Origin: Acidimicrobiia bacterium
Lineage (GTDB): Bacteria > Actinomycetota > Acidimicrobiia > Spongiisociales > ZC4RG35
Length of the DNA stretch: 64,000 nucleotides
Reading direction: 5' to 3'
Assembly (NCBI GenBank): GCA_041744795.1
Contig: JBGTKD010000173.1
Span: 4,214 to 68,213, forward strand
In this document: positions 30,307-40,163 of the stretch, in pieces
How positions within the stretch are numbered: position 1 is the first letter of the stretch
How the letters are laid out: every line of letters begins with the position of its first letter
Program-made: the position numbers and the translations under genes
The notes under the pieces: generated by a model
The model's database searches: none
The model's input: the letters and a program-made list of their open reading frames with translations, nothing else
What the model was told of the DNA's origin: nothing

Positions 30307-31377
30307 GTGAGCGAACAGCCGCTTCCCGAACACATCGAGGTCCGACCCGACGAAGGGTTCGACACCGCACGCCTCCAGGAGTACCTGCGTGACCAACTGG
30401 AGGGCTCCGAAGAGCCCCTCTCGGTACGCCAGTTCTCACGGGGAAAGGCCAATCTCACCTACTTGCTGCGATTCGGCGAGAGCGACGACGCCCGCGAGTA
30501 CGTGCTGCGCAGGCCGCCGCTGGGACCGGTCGCGCCGGGATCGCACGACATGGCACGCGAGTACAGGGTCCTTTCGACACTGTGGCAAGGTTTTCCGAAG
30601 GCGGCACGCGCCTACTTGTTCTGCGAAGACACCTCGGTAATAGGGGCCGAGTTCTTCGTCATGGAGCGTCTCCACGGGCTCGTCGTGCAAGGCGTCGTAC
30701 CGCCTGAGTTCGGTTCAGGACAAGACCCTGTCTCCAATCGGGCCCTCTCGGAGGTAGTCGTCGACACACTCGCCGAGTTCCACCAGGTCAGCCCGGAAGA
30801 AGCCGGACTCGCCGATCTCGGTCACCCGGATGGCTTCATGGAACGACAGGTGAGCGGGTGGACGGGTCGCTGGGAGAAGGCCAAACACGATGACAACCCG
30901 CTGGCCATTGAACTGGCACGGTGGCTGGAGGACCACATTCCTCCCGCCGGACCGACGACTCTGCTCCACAACGACTGGCGACTCGACAACCTTGCGGTGG
31001 CGTACGACGACCCTGGCACCTGTGTAGCGGTATACGACTGGGACATGTGTACCCGAGGCGACGCCTTCGCCGATCTCGGAACTCTCATGTCGGTCTGGTA
31101 TGACCCGGGAGAAGCACCCTCCTCTCTCAACACGATGCCCACTTTCACACCAGGATGGATGCCCAGGACCGAAGCCATCGAGCGCTACGGAGTGCGATCG
31201 GGTTTCGACCTCACCCACGTGGATTGGTACGTCGTCTTCGGAACTTTCAAGCTCGCCGTGGTGCTCCAGCAGATCTACATCCGATGGTTGCGGGGCCAGA
31301 CAGCCGACGATCGGTTCTCGATCATGGGCGACGGCGCCCGCCAACTGCTCGAACTGGCCGCCTCCCGCCGGCGCTGA
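30307..31377 (+). CDS. Phosphotransferase (APH / ACAD10-11-N-terminal kinase-like) family protein
   Basis: Brenner-type HNDWRLDN and D...YDWDM motifs are present. Confidence 0.8.
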   Translation: MSEQPLPEHIEVRPDEGFDTARLQEYLRDQLEGSEEPLSVRQFSRGKANLTYLLRFGESDDAREYVLRRPPLGPVAPGSHDMAREYRVLSTLWQGFPKAARAYLFCEDTSVIGAEFFVMERLHGLVVQGVVPPEFGSGQDPVSNRALSEVVVDTLAEFHQVSPEEAGLADLGHPDGFMERQVSGWTGRWEKAKHDDNPLAIELARWLEDHIPPAGPTTLLHNDWRLDNLAVAYDDPGTCVAVYDWDMCTRGDAFADLGTLMSVWYDPGEAPSSLNTMPTFTPGWMPRTEAIERYGVRSGFDLTHVDWYVVFGTFKLAVVLQQIYIRWLRGQTADDRFSIMGDGARQLLELAASRRR

Positions 31378-31397
31378 CGGAGGTACGGTCAGCCATC

Positions 31398-31745
31398 ATG
31401 TTCCACCAACTCGAAGAGGAACGCTTCGTAAGCGTCCAGACCTTCCGCCGAAGCGGAGTTGCGGTGGCCACCCCGGTCTGGTTCGCGCTCCTAGAGAGCG
31501 GGTTCGTTTTTGGCACCCACGCGGACTCGGGCAAGATCCGTCGGATCCGCTCGAACCCTTCCGTCCGATTCGCGGCTGCCAACTATCGCGGCCTCGAACG
31601 AGGCGAATACACCGAGGGTCTGGCGTCGATTCTCGAAGGTGACGAACTAGTCGCCGCCGAAGCAGCGTTGGCCGACAAGTACGGGTGGCAATGGCCGCCG
31701 TTCTCGCGCCTGATCGACTGCTACGTGCGCGTCGAAGCTCGTTGA
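31398..31745 (+). CDS. Pyridoxamine 5'-phosphate oxidase-like (PPOX-class, possibly F420-dependent) small FMN-binding protein
   Basis: ATG at 31398. An Arg-rich 5' extension in the ORF track was rejected. Split-barrel blocks are VQTFRRSGVAVATPVWFA. Confidence 0.6.
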   Translation: MFHQLEEERFVSVQTFRRSGVAVATPVWFALLESGFVFGTHADSGKIRRIRSNPSVRFAAANYRGLERGEYTEGLASILEGDELVAAEAALADKYGWQWPPFSRLIDCYVRVEAR

Positions 31746-31987
31746 ACAAGCCGAGAGAACCCATCGCGCACCCGCTCGCCGTAACGGGCGGCTAGAACGC
31801 CTGCTCCCATCGACAAGACTGCGACCGTCGGGACTAAGAACTCCAGTCGCACTCCCAAGTCGAGCACCACGTCGGTCACTGGACCGGAAAGGAGCTCAGA
31901 GGAAGGAAACATCGAACCTCATCATCCCGGCAGGGCGCGGTCCTGTCAACGCAGCAACGCCACAGTTGCCCACTGGTAGTCCGTGTC

Positions 31988-32500
31988 GTGCCTAATCTCA
32001 GAGATGACATGCCATCCGTACGCGCCATGGCGCCGACTGACTGGCCAGCGATCTACCGCATCTACGAAGACGGGATCGCCACCGGCACCGCCACCCTCGA
32101 CACGATCGCACCCTCATGGATTGCGTGGGATTCGGCGCATCTCGCCTCCTGCCGGGTTGTCGCCGAAGAAGATGGTGAAGTCGTCGCATGGGCTGCTCTC
32201 ACCCCCGTGACGGGACGGTGCGCCTATGGCGGGGTCGCAGAGCTCTCGATTTACGTCGCCGAAGACTCGCGAGGCCAGAAGCTGGGTCAACTGCTACTAG
32301 ATGCCCTTGTCACCAAATCCGAAGAAGCGGGGTTCTGGACACTCCAGGCTCAGATCTTCGAGGAAAACTCAGTGAGCGTCCACATCCACGAGACCGCTGG
32401 CTTCAGGATCGTGGGCGTACGAGAACGAATAGGACAGGTCAACGGCAGATGGCACGACGTCGTGCTGATGGAACGCCGCTCCCAAACAGTCGGATCGTAA
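31988..32500 (+). CDS. GNAT N-acetyltransferase, phosphinothricin-acetyltransferase-like
   Basis: The acetyl-CoA-binding block RGQKLGQLLL and the overall PAT-like layout are present. Confidence 0.8.
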   Translation: MPNLRDDMPSVRAMAPTDWPAIYRIYEDGIATGTATLDTIAPSWIAWDSAHLASCRVVAEEDGEVVAWAALTPVTGRCAYGGVAELSIYVAEDSRGQKLGQLLLDALVTKSEEAGFWTLQAQIFEENSVSVHIHETAGFRIVGVRERIGQVNGRWHDVVLMERRSQTVGS

Positions 32501-32620
32501 GCCCGAGCCAGGTCTGAGATGTCTTAAGGGCCACTGGAGCCGCTGCCCGGTGACTAGTCATTCCGATTCCTCTGGAGATGGTGCTCTCGCTCATGAGTCG
32601 GAACTCCCGATACATGAAAC

Positions 32621-33625
32621 ATGGAAGCCAGCACCCTCACCCCCGCAGCCCCCGGTATTTCGCTGGGACGCACCCGGATTTCAATCGTCGTCGCCGGTGC
32701 CGCGGTCGTTATGGCACTCGCCGAACTCGTCGGCACCCGCCTGGGCCGCGAACTCATAGATCCCCTCCGGATGGTGACGGTCTTCGGTCTCGTCCTGGCC
32801 ACCGCCTCCCTCCACGGCATCTACGTTCGTCACATCTTCGCCGAGAGCACTCGTCGGTTGCGGGACCACTTCGAGACCAACCTGGCGACGTCGAAAGACA
32901 CCTTTATTGCCAACGTGTCACACGGCTTGCGAACCCCACTGACCGGCGTAGTGGGCTTCGCTCATCTCTTGAAAGACTCGCCGTTGGCCCAAACGGACAG
33001 AGAGTTCGTCGGCATGATCATCGCCGAGTCTGCCGAGCTGAGCCGGATGGTCGATGACCTCGTCACCGCCGCCCAGCTCGACGCCAACGCCGTACCCATC
33101 AATGTCGAAGCCGTGTCGATGTACCAAGAGGTAGAGCGAGTCTGCGACTTCATGGATCTCATCGGCGCCGAGATCGGAATCGACCTCCAGGATGTGGACG
33201 TGATGGTCGACCCGACCCACTTCAACCAGGTGTTGCGCAACCTCCTCACGAATGCCCATCGTCACGGCAAGCCGACGATCACAGTTCGAGGAGCTGTCGC
33301 AAACGGCAAGTACGTGTGCCATGTTGTCGACCAGGGACCCGGAGTGACACCGAAAGACCAATCCCGGCTCTTCTCCCGGTTCTCATCGTCCGTGTTCGGC
33401 AGCCAGTTCACGGGCTCGGTCGGACTCGGATTGGCGGTCGTCGCCGAACTGAGCGCCCGGATGGGCTGCGAGATCTCATACCGTCGAATCCGTGGCGAGA
33501 CTCAGTTCGTTCTGTCCATTCCACTTGCCGAACACCAGTCCGGGCAGATGGAGCGGGTCGTACGTCCCGCCTCCGCCCGCCGAGAAGTCCGTGTTTCCCC
33601 CCATCTCCAGGTCGTTTCGGCCTGA
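32621..33625 (+). CDS. Sensor histidine kinase (2 TM + HisKA + HATPase_c), no adjacent response regulator
   Basis: The H-box is ANVSHGLRTPL. N and G boxes are present (NLLTNAHRHG, GSVGLGLAV). Confidence 0.8.
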   Translation: MEASTLTPAAPGISLGRTRISIVVAGAAVVMALAELVGTRLGRELIDPLRMVTVFGLVLATASLHGIYVRHIFAESTRRLRDHFETNLATSKDTFIANVSHGLRTPLTGVVGFAHLLKDSPLAQTDREFVGMIIAESAELSRMVDDLVTAAQLDANAVPINVEAVSMYQEVERVCDFMDLIGAEIGIDLQDVDVMVDPTHFNQVLRNLLTNAHRHGKPTITVRGAVANGKYVCHVVDQGPGVTPKDQSRLFSRFSSSVFGSQFTGSVGLGLAVVAELSARMGCEISYRRIRGETQFVLSIPLAEHQSGQMERVVRPASARREVRVSPHLQVVSA

Positions 33626-33651
33626 ACCAACAGAAAGAGAGCAATACGATC

Positions 33652-33828
33652 ATGAGCATCCTGACCCGAAGCAAGGCCGATTGCACCGATCACGAATGGG
33701 TGTCGACTGTCAACTCTGGCCTTCGTCGCAACATCTGCCAGGTCTGTCGCGCCATCACGCTCGAGCCGGTAACACACGAGTTTTCCGTTGCTCGTTCGCT
33801 GCAGAAGGTGGCTGCCGCAGCCAGCTGA
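33652..33828 (+). CDS. Small Cys/His-containing (zinc-ribbon-like) protein, 58 aa
   Basis: The ATG follows an AAGAGAG RBS. A CxxH...CxxC pattern is present (ADCTDHEW...NICQVCRA). It is hidden inside a longer Arg-rich ORF-track entry. Confidence 0.4.
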   Translation: MSILTRSKADCTDHEWVSTVNSGLRRNICQVCRAITLEPVTHEFSVARSLQKVAAAAS

Positions 33829-33873
33829 CACTCTCGTTTGAGTCGCTGTCGCTCGCAGGGGAGAATCCCCCAC

Positions 33874-35487
33874 ATGATCGACAGCACCATGTCCGACTTC
33901 CCGCTCACCGTCACACACCTTCTGCGACATGGGCGGACGATTTATCCCGCATCCAAGGTCTTTACCTATCACGGACCGGATGCCGAGATCGCAGAGGCCA
34001 CCTTTCCCGAGGTAGCCGACAGAGCGGATCGGTTGGCATCGGCCCTCCGCCGTCTCGGTGTGGAGCGCGGTGACCGTGTAGGCACCTTCATGTGGAACAA
34101 CCAGCGTCACATGGAGGCATACCTGGCCGTTCCCTCAATGGGGGCTGTCCTCCACACTCTCAACATCCGCTTGTTCGAAGAACAACTCGCCTTCGTCGTG
34201 AACCACGGGGCGGACAGAGTGGTGATCGTCGACGGCTCCATCGCTCCGCTACTGGCTGCGGTTCGAGATCAGCTCCAAACCGTCGAACACATCGTGGTCG
34301 CCGGAAAGGGTGACCTCTCGGGGCTGGGGGAAACACTCGACTACGAGGAAATGATCGCCGCTGAAGAATCGGGCTTCGACTATCCCGAGTTGGACGAGCG
34401 TTCGGCGGCGGCGATGTGTTACACCAGCGGGACAACGGGGAACCCGAAAGGCGTCGTCTACTCACACCGGTCCACATTCCTGCACTGCTTCAACGTCATG
34501 TCGGCCAACACTCTTGGCCTCACGGAGCAAGACAGGGTGCTGATGATCGTTCCGCAGTTTCACGCCGGCGCGTGGGGAATGCCCTACGGGGCGTGGGCGG
34601 CGGGTGCGGACATCGTGATGCCCCAGGGCTATCTCCAGTCTGGGCCGATCGTCGACGTGATCGAACGCACTCGTCCCACTGTGTCGGGCGCAGTTCCCAC
34701 GGTGCTGAACGACGTGCTCCACAACCAACCCGGCGCAGATCTCAGCTCATTTCGCTTTATCACCTGCGGCGGGTCGGCTGTGCCTCGGGCGCTTATGGAA
34801 GGCTTCGAGCAGACTTTTGGCGTCGAGGTCATCCAGGCATGGGGTATGACCGAGACATCGCCCCTTGGCGCCATCGCCCGTCCGCCCAAGCACGCTCCCG
34901 AGTCGGAGCGCATGAACTGGAAGTCCAAGACGGGCCGCATCCTGGCCGGCGTCGAGATTCGGATCTGCGACGACGCTGGCAACAACCTTGCCTGGGATGG
35001 GACGGCCCAAGGCGAGATCGAGATTCGGGGTCCCTGGATCACCGCGTCCTATCACCTCGACCCGACCGAGGAGAAGTTCCACGACGGATGGTTGCGCACC
35101 GGCGACGTGGGCACCATCACTGCCGAGGGATATGTTCAGATCTCGGACCGGGCCAAAGATGTCATCAAATCAGGGGGAGAGTGGATCAGTTCGGTCGATC
35201 TCGAGAACGAACTGATGGCCCACTCTGCCGTTGTGGAGGCAGTAGTGGTCGGCGTTCCCGATGACCGTTGGGATGAGCGCCCACTGGCCTGCGTCGTGCT
35301 GGCCCCAGGGGCAGAGGTCACACCCGAGGAGTTGCAAGAGTTCCTGTCTACGCGCGTCGCGAAATTCTGGGTGCCCGAGCGCTGGGCGTTCATCGACGAG
35401 GTTCCGAAAACCTCCGTAGGCAAGTTCGATAAGAAGCGCCTGCGCGCCCAACAGGCGGCAGGAGAACTGGAGATCACCGAGCTCTGA
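33874..35487 (+). CDS. Fatty-acid--CoA ligase / acyl-CoA synthetase (AMP-binding)
   Basis: ATG at 33874 after GGGGAGAA. AMP-binding motifs are [19 protein letters not shown] and a C-terminal [10 protein letters not shown]. Confidence 0.85.
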   Translation: MIDSTMSDFPLTVTHLLRHGRTIYPASKVFTYHGPDAEIAEATFPEVADRADRLASALRRLGVERGDRVGTFMWNNQRHMEAYLAVPSMGAVLHTLNIRLFEEQLAFVVNHGADRVVIVDGSIAPLLAAVRDQLQTVEHIVVAGKGDLSGLGETLDYEEMIAAEESGFDYPELDERSAAAMCYTSGTTGNPKGVVYSHRSTFLHCFNVMSANTLGLTEQDRVLMIVPQFHAGAWGMPYGAWAAGADIVMPQGYLQSGPIVDVIERTRPTVSGAVPTVLNDVLHNQPGADLSSFRFITCGGSAVPRALMEGFEQTFGVEVIQAWGMTETSPLGAIARPPKHAPESERMNWKSKTGRILAGVEIRICDDAGNNLAWDGTAQGEIEIRGPWITASYHLDPTEEKFHDGWLRTGDVGTITAEGYVQISDRAKDVIKSGGEWISSVDLENELMAHSAVVEAVVVGVPDDRWDERPLACVVLAPGAEVTPEELQEFLSTRVAKFWVPERWAFIDEVPKTSVGKFDKKRLRAQQAAGELEITEL

Positions 35488-35532
35488 GCGGGGCCGCTGA
35501 GGTAATCGCCGGACAGGAAAGCATCAGGCACG

Positions 35533-36525
35533 TCACTCCAGGCCCCACTCCTCGAATGTGGCAACGTCGACGACGGCCGCGGCAGCTAATCGCACCAGAG
35601 GCAGCGCCACAAGGGCGCCTGACCCCTCCCCCAGTCGAATGTCGAGGTCCAGCAGGGGTTCGAGCCCTAGACGCTCAAGAACCAAGCGGTGCCCTGGCTC
35701 AGACGAAACGTGAGATGCAAGGCAATGGGTGAGCGAACCGGGGACTGCGAATCCGAGCGGCAGGGCCGAAGATGCGGTCGCGTAACCGTCCAATAGGACA
35801 GGTATCGACCGGAGGCGAGCCTCGGCGATCGCACCGGCCAAAACGGCGTGTTCGGATCCGCCCAGGCGACGAAGGATCTCCATGGGATGGTCAGGGCCGA
35901 CGCGGGCCACCGCATCGATTACCGCAGCCTTCTTCCTCGCAAAGCCATCGTCGTCGACACCTGCGCCTCGACCGACGAAAGATTCCGACGCACCACCACA
36001 AATGGCGGCCGATATCGCCGCGCTGGCCGTCGAGTTGCCTATGCCCATTTCCCCGACGAGAAGAAGATCGCAGTCCAGCTTGGACACCGTCTCGCGACCA
36101 ATGGCGACTAGGTGCTCAAATCGCTCGGTTGTCAACGCGTCATCGGTGACGATGTCAGCCGTCGGGAAACCCACCCCGGCATCCACCAGTCGTAGCGCAA
36201 CTCCGAGTTGTTCGACCATCACTGCCGAAGTGGCTACGCCAGCCTTAATGGCGTCCAACACCGCCCTCGTGACTTCTGCGGGATAGGCCGAGACGCCTCG
36301 TTCCACCACGCCATGGTCCCCCGCCGCGAGAACCAGGGCCGGACTGGTCACCTCGGGCACATCCGTGCGCTGCCAGGCCGCCAGCCAGGCGGCCACGTCG
36401 TCGAGTCTGGCAAGAGCGCCGGGTGGACGGAGCACTCGTTTCGCACGCTGAGTCACGGCTTGGTGATGGAGCCCATCGGGCCCAGGTGCCTCAGCCAGTT
36501 GGCGAAGCAACGAGTCGATCGTCAT
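35533..36525 (-). CDS. cobT: Nicotinate-nucleotide--dimethylbenzimidazole phosphoribosyltransferase
   Basis: CobT blocks are present ([24 protein letters not shown]). Confidence 0.9.
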   Translation of the reverse strand: MTIDSLLRQLAEAPGPDGLHHQAVTQRAKRVLRPPGALARLDDVAAWLAAWQRTDVPEVTSPALVLAAGDHGVVERGVSAYPAEVTRAVLDAIKAGVATSAVMVEQLGVALRLVDAGVGFPTADIVTDDALTTERFEHLVAIGRETVSKLDCDLLLVGEMGIGNSTASAAISAAICGGASESFVGRGAGVDDDGFARKKAAVIDAVARVGPDHPMEILRRLGGSEHAVLAGAIAEARLRSIPVLLDGYATASSALPLGFAVPGSLTHCLASHVSSEPGHRLVLERLGLEPLLDLDIRLGEGSGALVALPLVRLAAAAVVDVATFEEWGLE

Positions 36526-37094
36526 CAGAAGTCGATGCCGCGCCGGGACATAATTCCTTCGTCGTAGGGGTGCTTGACCTTGACCATCTCAGTGACCGTG
36601 TCCGCGACCTCGATCAGCTCGGCGGGGGCGTCCCGGCCGGTGACGACGATGTTCACCTTCTCAGGACGGCTTCGGATCGCCTCAACGACCTCGACGGTTT
36701 CGATCCATCCCCAATTCATCGGATAGGTGACCTCATCGAGGATCACCATGTCGAACTCACCCGACTGGATCCGCTCTGCTGCGAAAGTCCAAGCCGCCTT
36801 GGCTACTGCCTCGGATTCGGACAGTTCGGCGGAGTCCCAGGTGAACCCGTCCCCCAGCGCCCACCAGGCCACGCCCAACTGACGACCGATAGCCTCCTCG
36901 CCCACCTTCCAGTCGCCGGACTTCAGGAACTGGATCACGGCCACTTTCCAGCCGCGAGCTACCGCACGAATCATGATGCCGAAAGCCGCCGTGCTCTTGC
37001 CCTTCCCGTCACCGGTATTGACCACCACGAGGGAAGGCTTTCTGACGAGTGCCTTGGCTGGCGGTTCAAGGGGCGGCTGGTTCGATTCGTTCAT
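36525..37094 (-). CDS. cobO: Cob(I)yrinic acid a,c-diamide adenosyltransferase (CobO/BtuR/CobA-type)
   Basis: The P-loop is GDGKGKSTAAFG. A DEVTYPMNWGW block is typical of the CobA family. It overlaps cobT by 1 nt. Confidence 0.85.
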   Translation of the reverse strand: MNESNQPPLEPPAKALVRKPSLVVVNTGDGKGKSTAAFGIMIRAVARGWKVAVIQFLKSGDWKVGEEAIGRQLGVAWWALGDGFTWDSAELSESEAVAKAAWTFAAERIQSGEFDMVILDEVTYPMNWGWIETVEVVEAIRSRPEKVNIVVTGRDAPAELIEVADTVTEMVKVKHPYDEGIMSRRGIDF

Positions 37095-37909
37095 ATCTGC
37101 TCCATCGCCGGGTCGAGTTCTGTCGGTGCGTATTCTTCCCGACTCGGGATCACAACTACGCGGCCGTCTCCGTCGTCGAGCACCCGAACAGTCGCTCCGT
37201 AGTGGGCCCTTATGGATGACTCGGTCAGGACGGTCACCGGTCGGCCTTCTGCCACCACGCTTCCTCCCGCCATCATGACCAGGCGATCACAGAATTGCGC
37301 CGCAAGCGTGAGGTCATGGATCGCCGCCACAACTGTCAGCCCGCATGACCGCCTCATCGAATCGACGAGGGCGAGAACTCTCTGGGCATGGCCCACATCC
37401 AACGACGAGGTAGGTTCGTCCAGCAGCAGTAATGGTGAACCCTGTGCCAGCGCGCGCGCCATCACAACACGCTGGATCTCTCCGCCCGACAATGAACCCA
37501 CCTCTCGGTCTGCGAGACCCTCGACCTCGAGCGAGCGGAGGCCGGCTTCGGCGGCTTCGAGGTCGCGTCGGGTCTCCGAGCCGAGAAGCCCGAGGTGCGG
37601 CGACCTTCCGAGGAGTACATAGTCCGAAACAGCCATACCCGGAGGGATGACTGGGCGCTGTGGCACGAGTGCCACGGCTCGCGCCAGCTGATTCCGGCTC
37701 ATCGATCGAACAGACTGGCCAGACACTCCGACATCGCCGCCGAACGGCACGCCCCCGACGACTGCTCGCAACAGAGTGGTCTTTCCTGCACCGTTAGGTC
37801 CGACGATCCCCACAAAGCCACCTGCGGGCACGTCAAGATCGACACCCTTGACAATGCTGGAACCGCCCAACTCGACCGACACAGACTCCAACAAGAGCAT
37901 CTGATTCAT
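37091..37909 (-). CDS. ABC transporter ATP-binding protein (FecE/BtuD-type)
   Basis: Walker A GPNGAGKTT, signature LSGGEIQR and Walker B LLLLDEPTS are all present. Confidence 0.85.
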   Translation of the reverse strand: MNQMLLLESVSVELGGSSIVKGVDLDVPAGGFVGIVGPNGAGKTTLLRAVVGGVPFGGDVGVSGQSVRSMSRNQLARAVALVPQRPVIPPGMAVSDYVLLGRSPHLGLLGSETRRDLEAAEAGLRSLEVEGLADREVGSLSGGEIQRVVMARALAQGSPLLLLDEPTSSLDVGHAQRVLALVDSMRRSCGLTVVAAIHDLTLAAQFCDRLVMMAGGSVVAEGRPVTVLTESSIRAHYGATVRVLDDGDGRVVVIPSREEYAPTELDPAMEQI

Positions 37910-39000
37910 TGCACGGCCCTCCGCGATCTCCGAAGAACGAGCAGGAAGAACGGGGCACCCAGGAAGGCCGTCACCACACCGATGGGCAGCTCGGCCGGGC
38001 TGAGAACCGTTCGAGCCCCGAGGTCGGTCAACACCAGGAAGGCCGCACCGAACACCATCGAGAGAGGGACCACCACCCGATAGCTGGATCCGGCGACAAG
38101 CCTCACCAAGTGAGGAACGATGATCCCGACGAATCCGATGAGCCCGCTGACAGCAACCGCCGCAGAGGTGGCCAGGGTGGCGGCAACTACCAAGAGCAGA
38201 CGGATACGCGCCACTGGAAGTCCAAGTGTTCCAGCTTCCTCGTCACCGACCGCGAGGACATCGAGGTTCCGTCGCAAGGCGAAAATCACGACGCCGCTGA
38301 TCACGGCGTAAGGAAGAAGCGTGAGAACATCGCCCCAGCCGTTGGTGGACAGTCGACCGAGTATCCAGACATACACCTCCCGCAACGTGTCGGTGTTGCG
38401 CTGCTGCAGATAAGTCTGGGCTGCCGTCAGAAAGGCGGCTACCGCCACACCGGCGAGGATGATCGCGGCCCCCGACCGTCCGCCTGCCGCCCTCCCCAAC
38501 CCGTAAGCCAGGGCGACTGCGATAAGTGCGCCGATGAACGCTGATATCGCGATCAAACCGCGCAGACCCGAGACAATGGCGACGGTCGCGCCAAGTCCCG
38601 CACCGGCGGCCGCTCCCAACAGGTATGGGTCGGCGAGTGGATTCCGAAACACTCCCTGATATGCGGCACCTGACATTGCCAGGCAAGCTCCCACCAGAGC
38701 GCCCAAAGCAACCCTCGGAAGACGCCACGAGAAAAGGATGCTCTGGTGGGCAGACGAAATGTCGGGAGCCGAAATACCCGGAATCCACTCGAACAGAGCA
38801 AGCAACGCAGTACCGGCAGGCAGCCCGGCCGGACCGATCAGCACCCCTGCCGCACCGGCCGCTATCAGAGTCGACACGCCAGCGACGGCATGCAGAGGTC
38901 TGATACGACTCGGAGCGACAGAGGCAACAGCCATCAGGGGGTACGGCCCTGAAGTGCACCGGCCACGATCTGGAAGAACTGGACGAGACGGGGACCCCAC
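37906..39000 (-). CDS. ABC transporter permease, FecCD/BtuC family
   Basis: About 10 TM helices and the FecCD-family Gly-rich blocks. It overlaps the neighbouring genes. Confidence 0.85.
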   Translation of the reverse strand: MGSPSRPVLPDRGRCTSGPYPLMAVASVAPSRIRPLHAVAGVSTLIAAGAAGVLIGPAGLPAGTALLALFEWIPGISAPDISSAHQSILFSWRLPRVALGALVGACLAMSGAAYQGVFRNPLADPYLLGAAAGAGLGATVAIVSGLRGLIAISAFIGALIAVALAYGLGRAAGGRSGAAIILAGVAVAAFLTAAQTYLQQRNTDTLREVYVWILGRLSTNGWGDVLTLLPYAVISGVVIFALRRNLDVLAVGDEEAGTLGLPVARIRLLLVVAATLATSAAVAVSGLIGFVGIIVPHLVRLVAGSSYRVVVPLSMVFGAAFLVLTDLGARTVLSPAELPIGVVTAFLGAPFFLLVLRRSRRAVQ

Positions 39001-39923
39001 CGGGACGCGACGTCGTCGTCGACCTCCGTCATCGCCCCCTGCTGCACGGCGGTGATCGAGTCCCAGCCTGGGCGGGCGGCGATCGTCTCAGGAGTATCTC
39101 CACAGCAGCTGGTGAAAAAGATCAAGTCTGGGTTCGCTTCGATAATGAACTCGACGGAGAGCACCGGGTATCCGAAACCGTCGGCGTCCGCCGGGTCAGC
39201 AATGTTCTCGAGTCCAAACGCGCCAAAGACCTCACCGATGAACGACGACGAGGTGACCGAATAGAAGGATCCGCCGCCGTCGCTGCCGAGTTCGTGGTAG
39301 TACGTGAGAGGTTCATCGGCGGGCTCAATCCCCGCAACAAGCGCCTCGATCTCAGACTGCATCGACGATGCCACCGCTTCGGCCTGCTCGGAGTGGCCGG
39401 TCGCCACGCCCAGGATTCGCATCTGGGCATAACTGTCGGTTACGACAGTCGCGCCAGGCAAGACCAGGGTGGGGATCCCGACACCATCTAACGCGTCGAC
39501 GATCCCATCGATGTCATTGCTGACGACGACGAGATCGGGTTCGAAGGCCACAATCGCCTCCAGGTTCGGAGTGAAACCCGACAGAGACGTGACTGGGGCT
39601 TGCGCCGGGAAATACGAGTACTCATCCACAGCTACCACCTGGTCGCCCGCCCCAACCGCGAACAACATCTCCGTCGCAGTTGGTGATAGCGAAACTATGG
39701 CTAAAGGCTTCGACTCGAGAGTGGTGGTAACCCCACCGGACTCGATTGTCACCGGGAAACCCGAGTCGAGAGTCGTAGTGGTCTCGGCGCCAGTAGTAGT
39801 AGTGGTCGGAGCGGTCGTGGCCGTCGTTGTGGTCTCGGCAACCAAGTCACCGTTGCCGCAGGCCGCCAGACTGAAAACGGACACTGCGAGAAGCGCCTTG
39901 GCCGACGCGTTGTTCCTGAACAT
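38934..39923 (-). CDS. ABC transporter periplasmic substrate-binding lipoprotein (BtuF/FhuD-like)
   Basis: A lipobox is present (LAACGNG), followed by a Thr-rich linker and then the class III SBP fold. An AGGAGGA RBS sits 6 nt before the ATG. Confidence 0.8.
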   Translation of the reverse strand: MFRNNASAKALLAVSVFSLAACGNGDLVAETTTTATTAPTTTTTGAETTTTLDSGFPVTIESGGVTTTLESKPLAIVSLSPTATEMLFAVGAGDQVVAVDEYSYFPAQAPVTSLSGFTPNLEAIVAFEPDLVVVSNDIDGIVDALDGVGIPTLVLPGATVVTDSYAQMRILGVATGHSEQAEAVASSMQSEIEALVAGIEPADEPLTYYHELGSDGGGSFYSVTSSSFIGEVFGAFGLENIADPADADGFGYPVLSVEFIIEANPDLIFFTSCCGDTPETIAARPGWDSITAVQQGAMTEVDDDVASRWGPRLVQFFQIVAGALQGRTP

Positions 39924-39949
39924 CCCATCCTCCTGGGTTGGAGGATGAA

Positions 39950-40140
39950 AGAGAGTTCGTCGGCGGAGTCCCCGCCGGCGGACTACACCTTCACCCGAGG
40001 CTTCGTCTGCGCCGTGGCATCAGGCGACCTGGCTCGGCCAAAAGGCCTCACAGTTGCGGGACAGCGCCGGTTCGTTCCGGACTTCGCTGATGCCAACGGC
40101 ACCGCCCACCGGGGGGCGGTCATCCGTCACGCTAGCGGAT
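39950..40140 (-). promoter_or_regulatory. Cobalamin (adenosylcobalamin) riboswitch in the leader of the btuF-btuC-btuD-cobO-cobT operon
   Basis: The minus-strand RNA contains GAAGUCCGG...GCGCUGUCCCGCAACUGUGAGG (the conserved AAnUCC...GCUG-CCCGCAAC-GU core). A B12-box-like AGCCAGGUCGCCUGAUGCC follows. All of this lies in the 240-bp leader of the operon. Confidence 0.6.
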
Positions 40141-40163
40141 TGAGGACCAGAGCAAACTCGACT

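Noticed and set aside
31721-31912. 63-aa minus-strand ORF in the 242-bp gap before the GNAT gene
   Set aside because: It is short, has no motifs or RBS evidence, and overlaps the 3' end of the PNPOx-like gene. It could be a real small protein, but I cannot support it from sequence alone.
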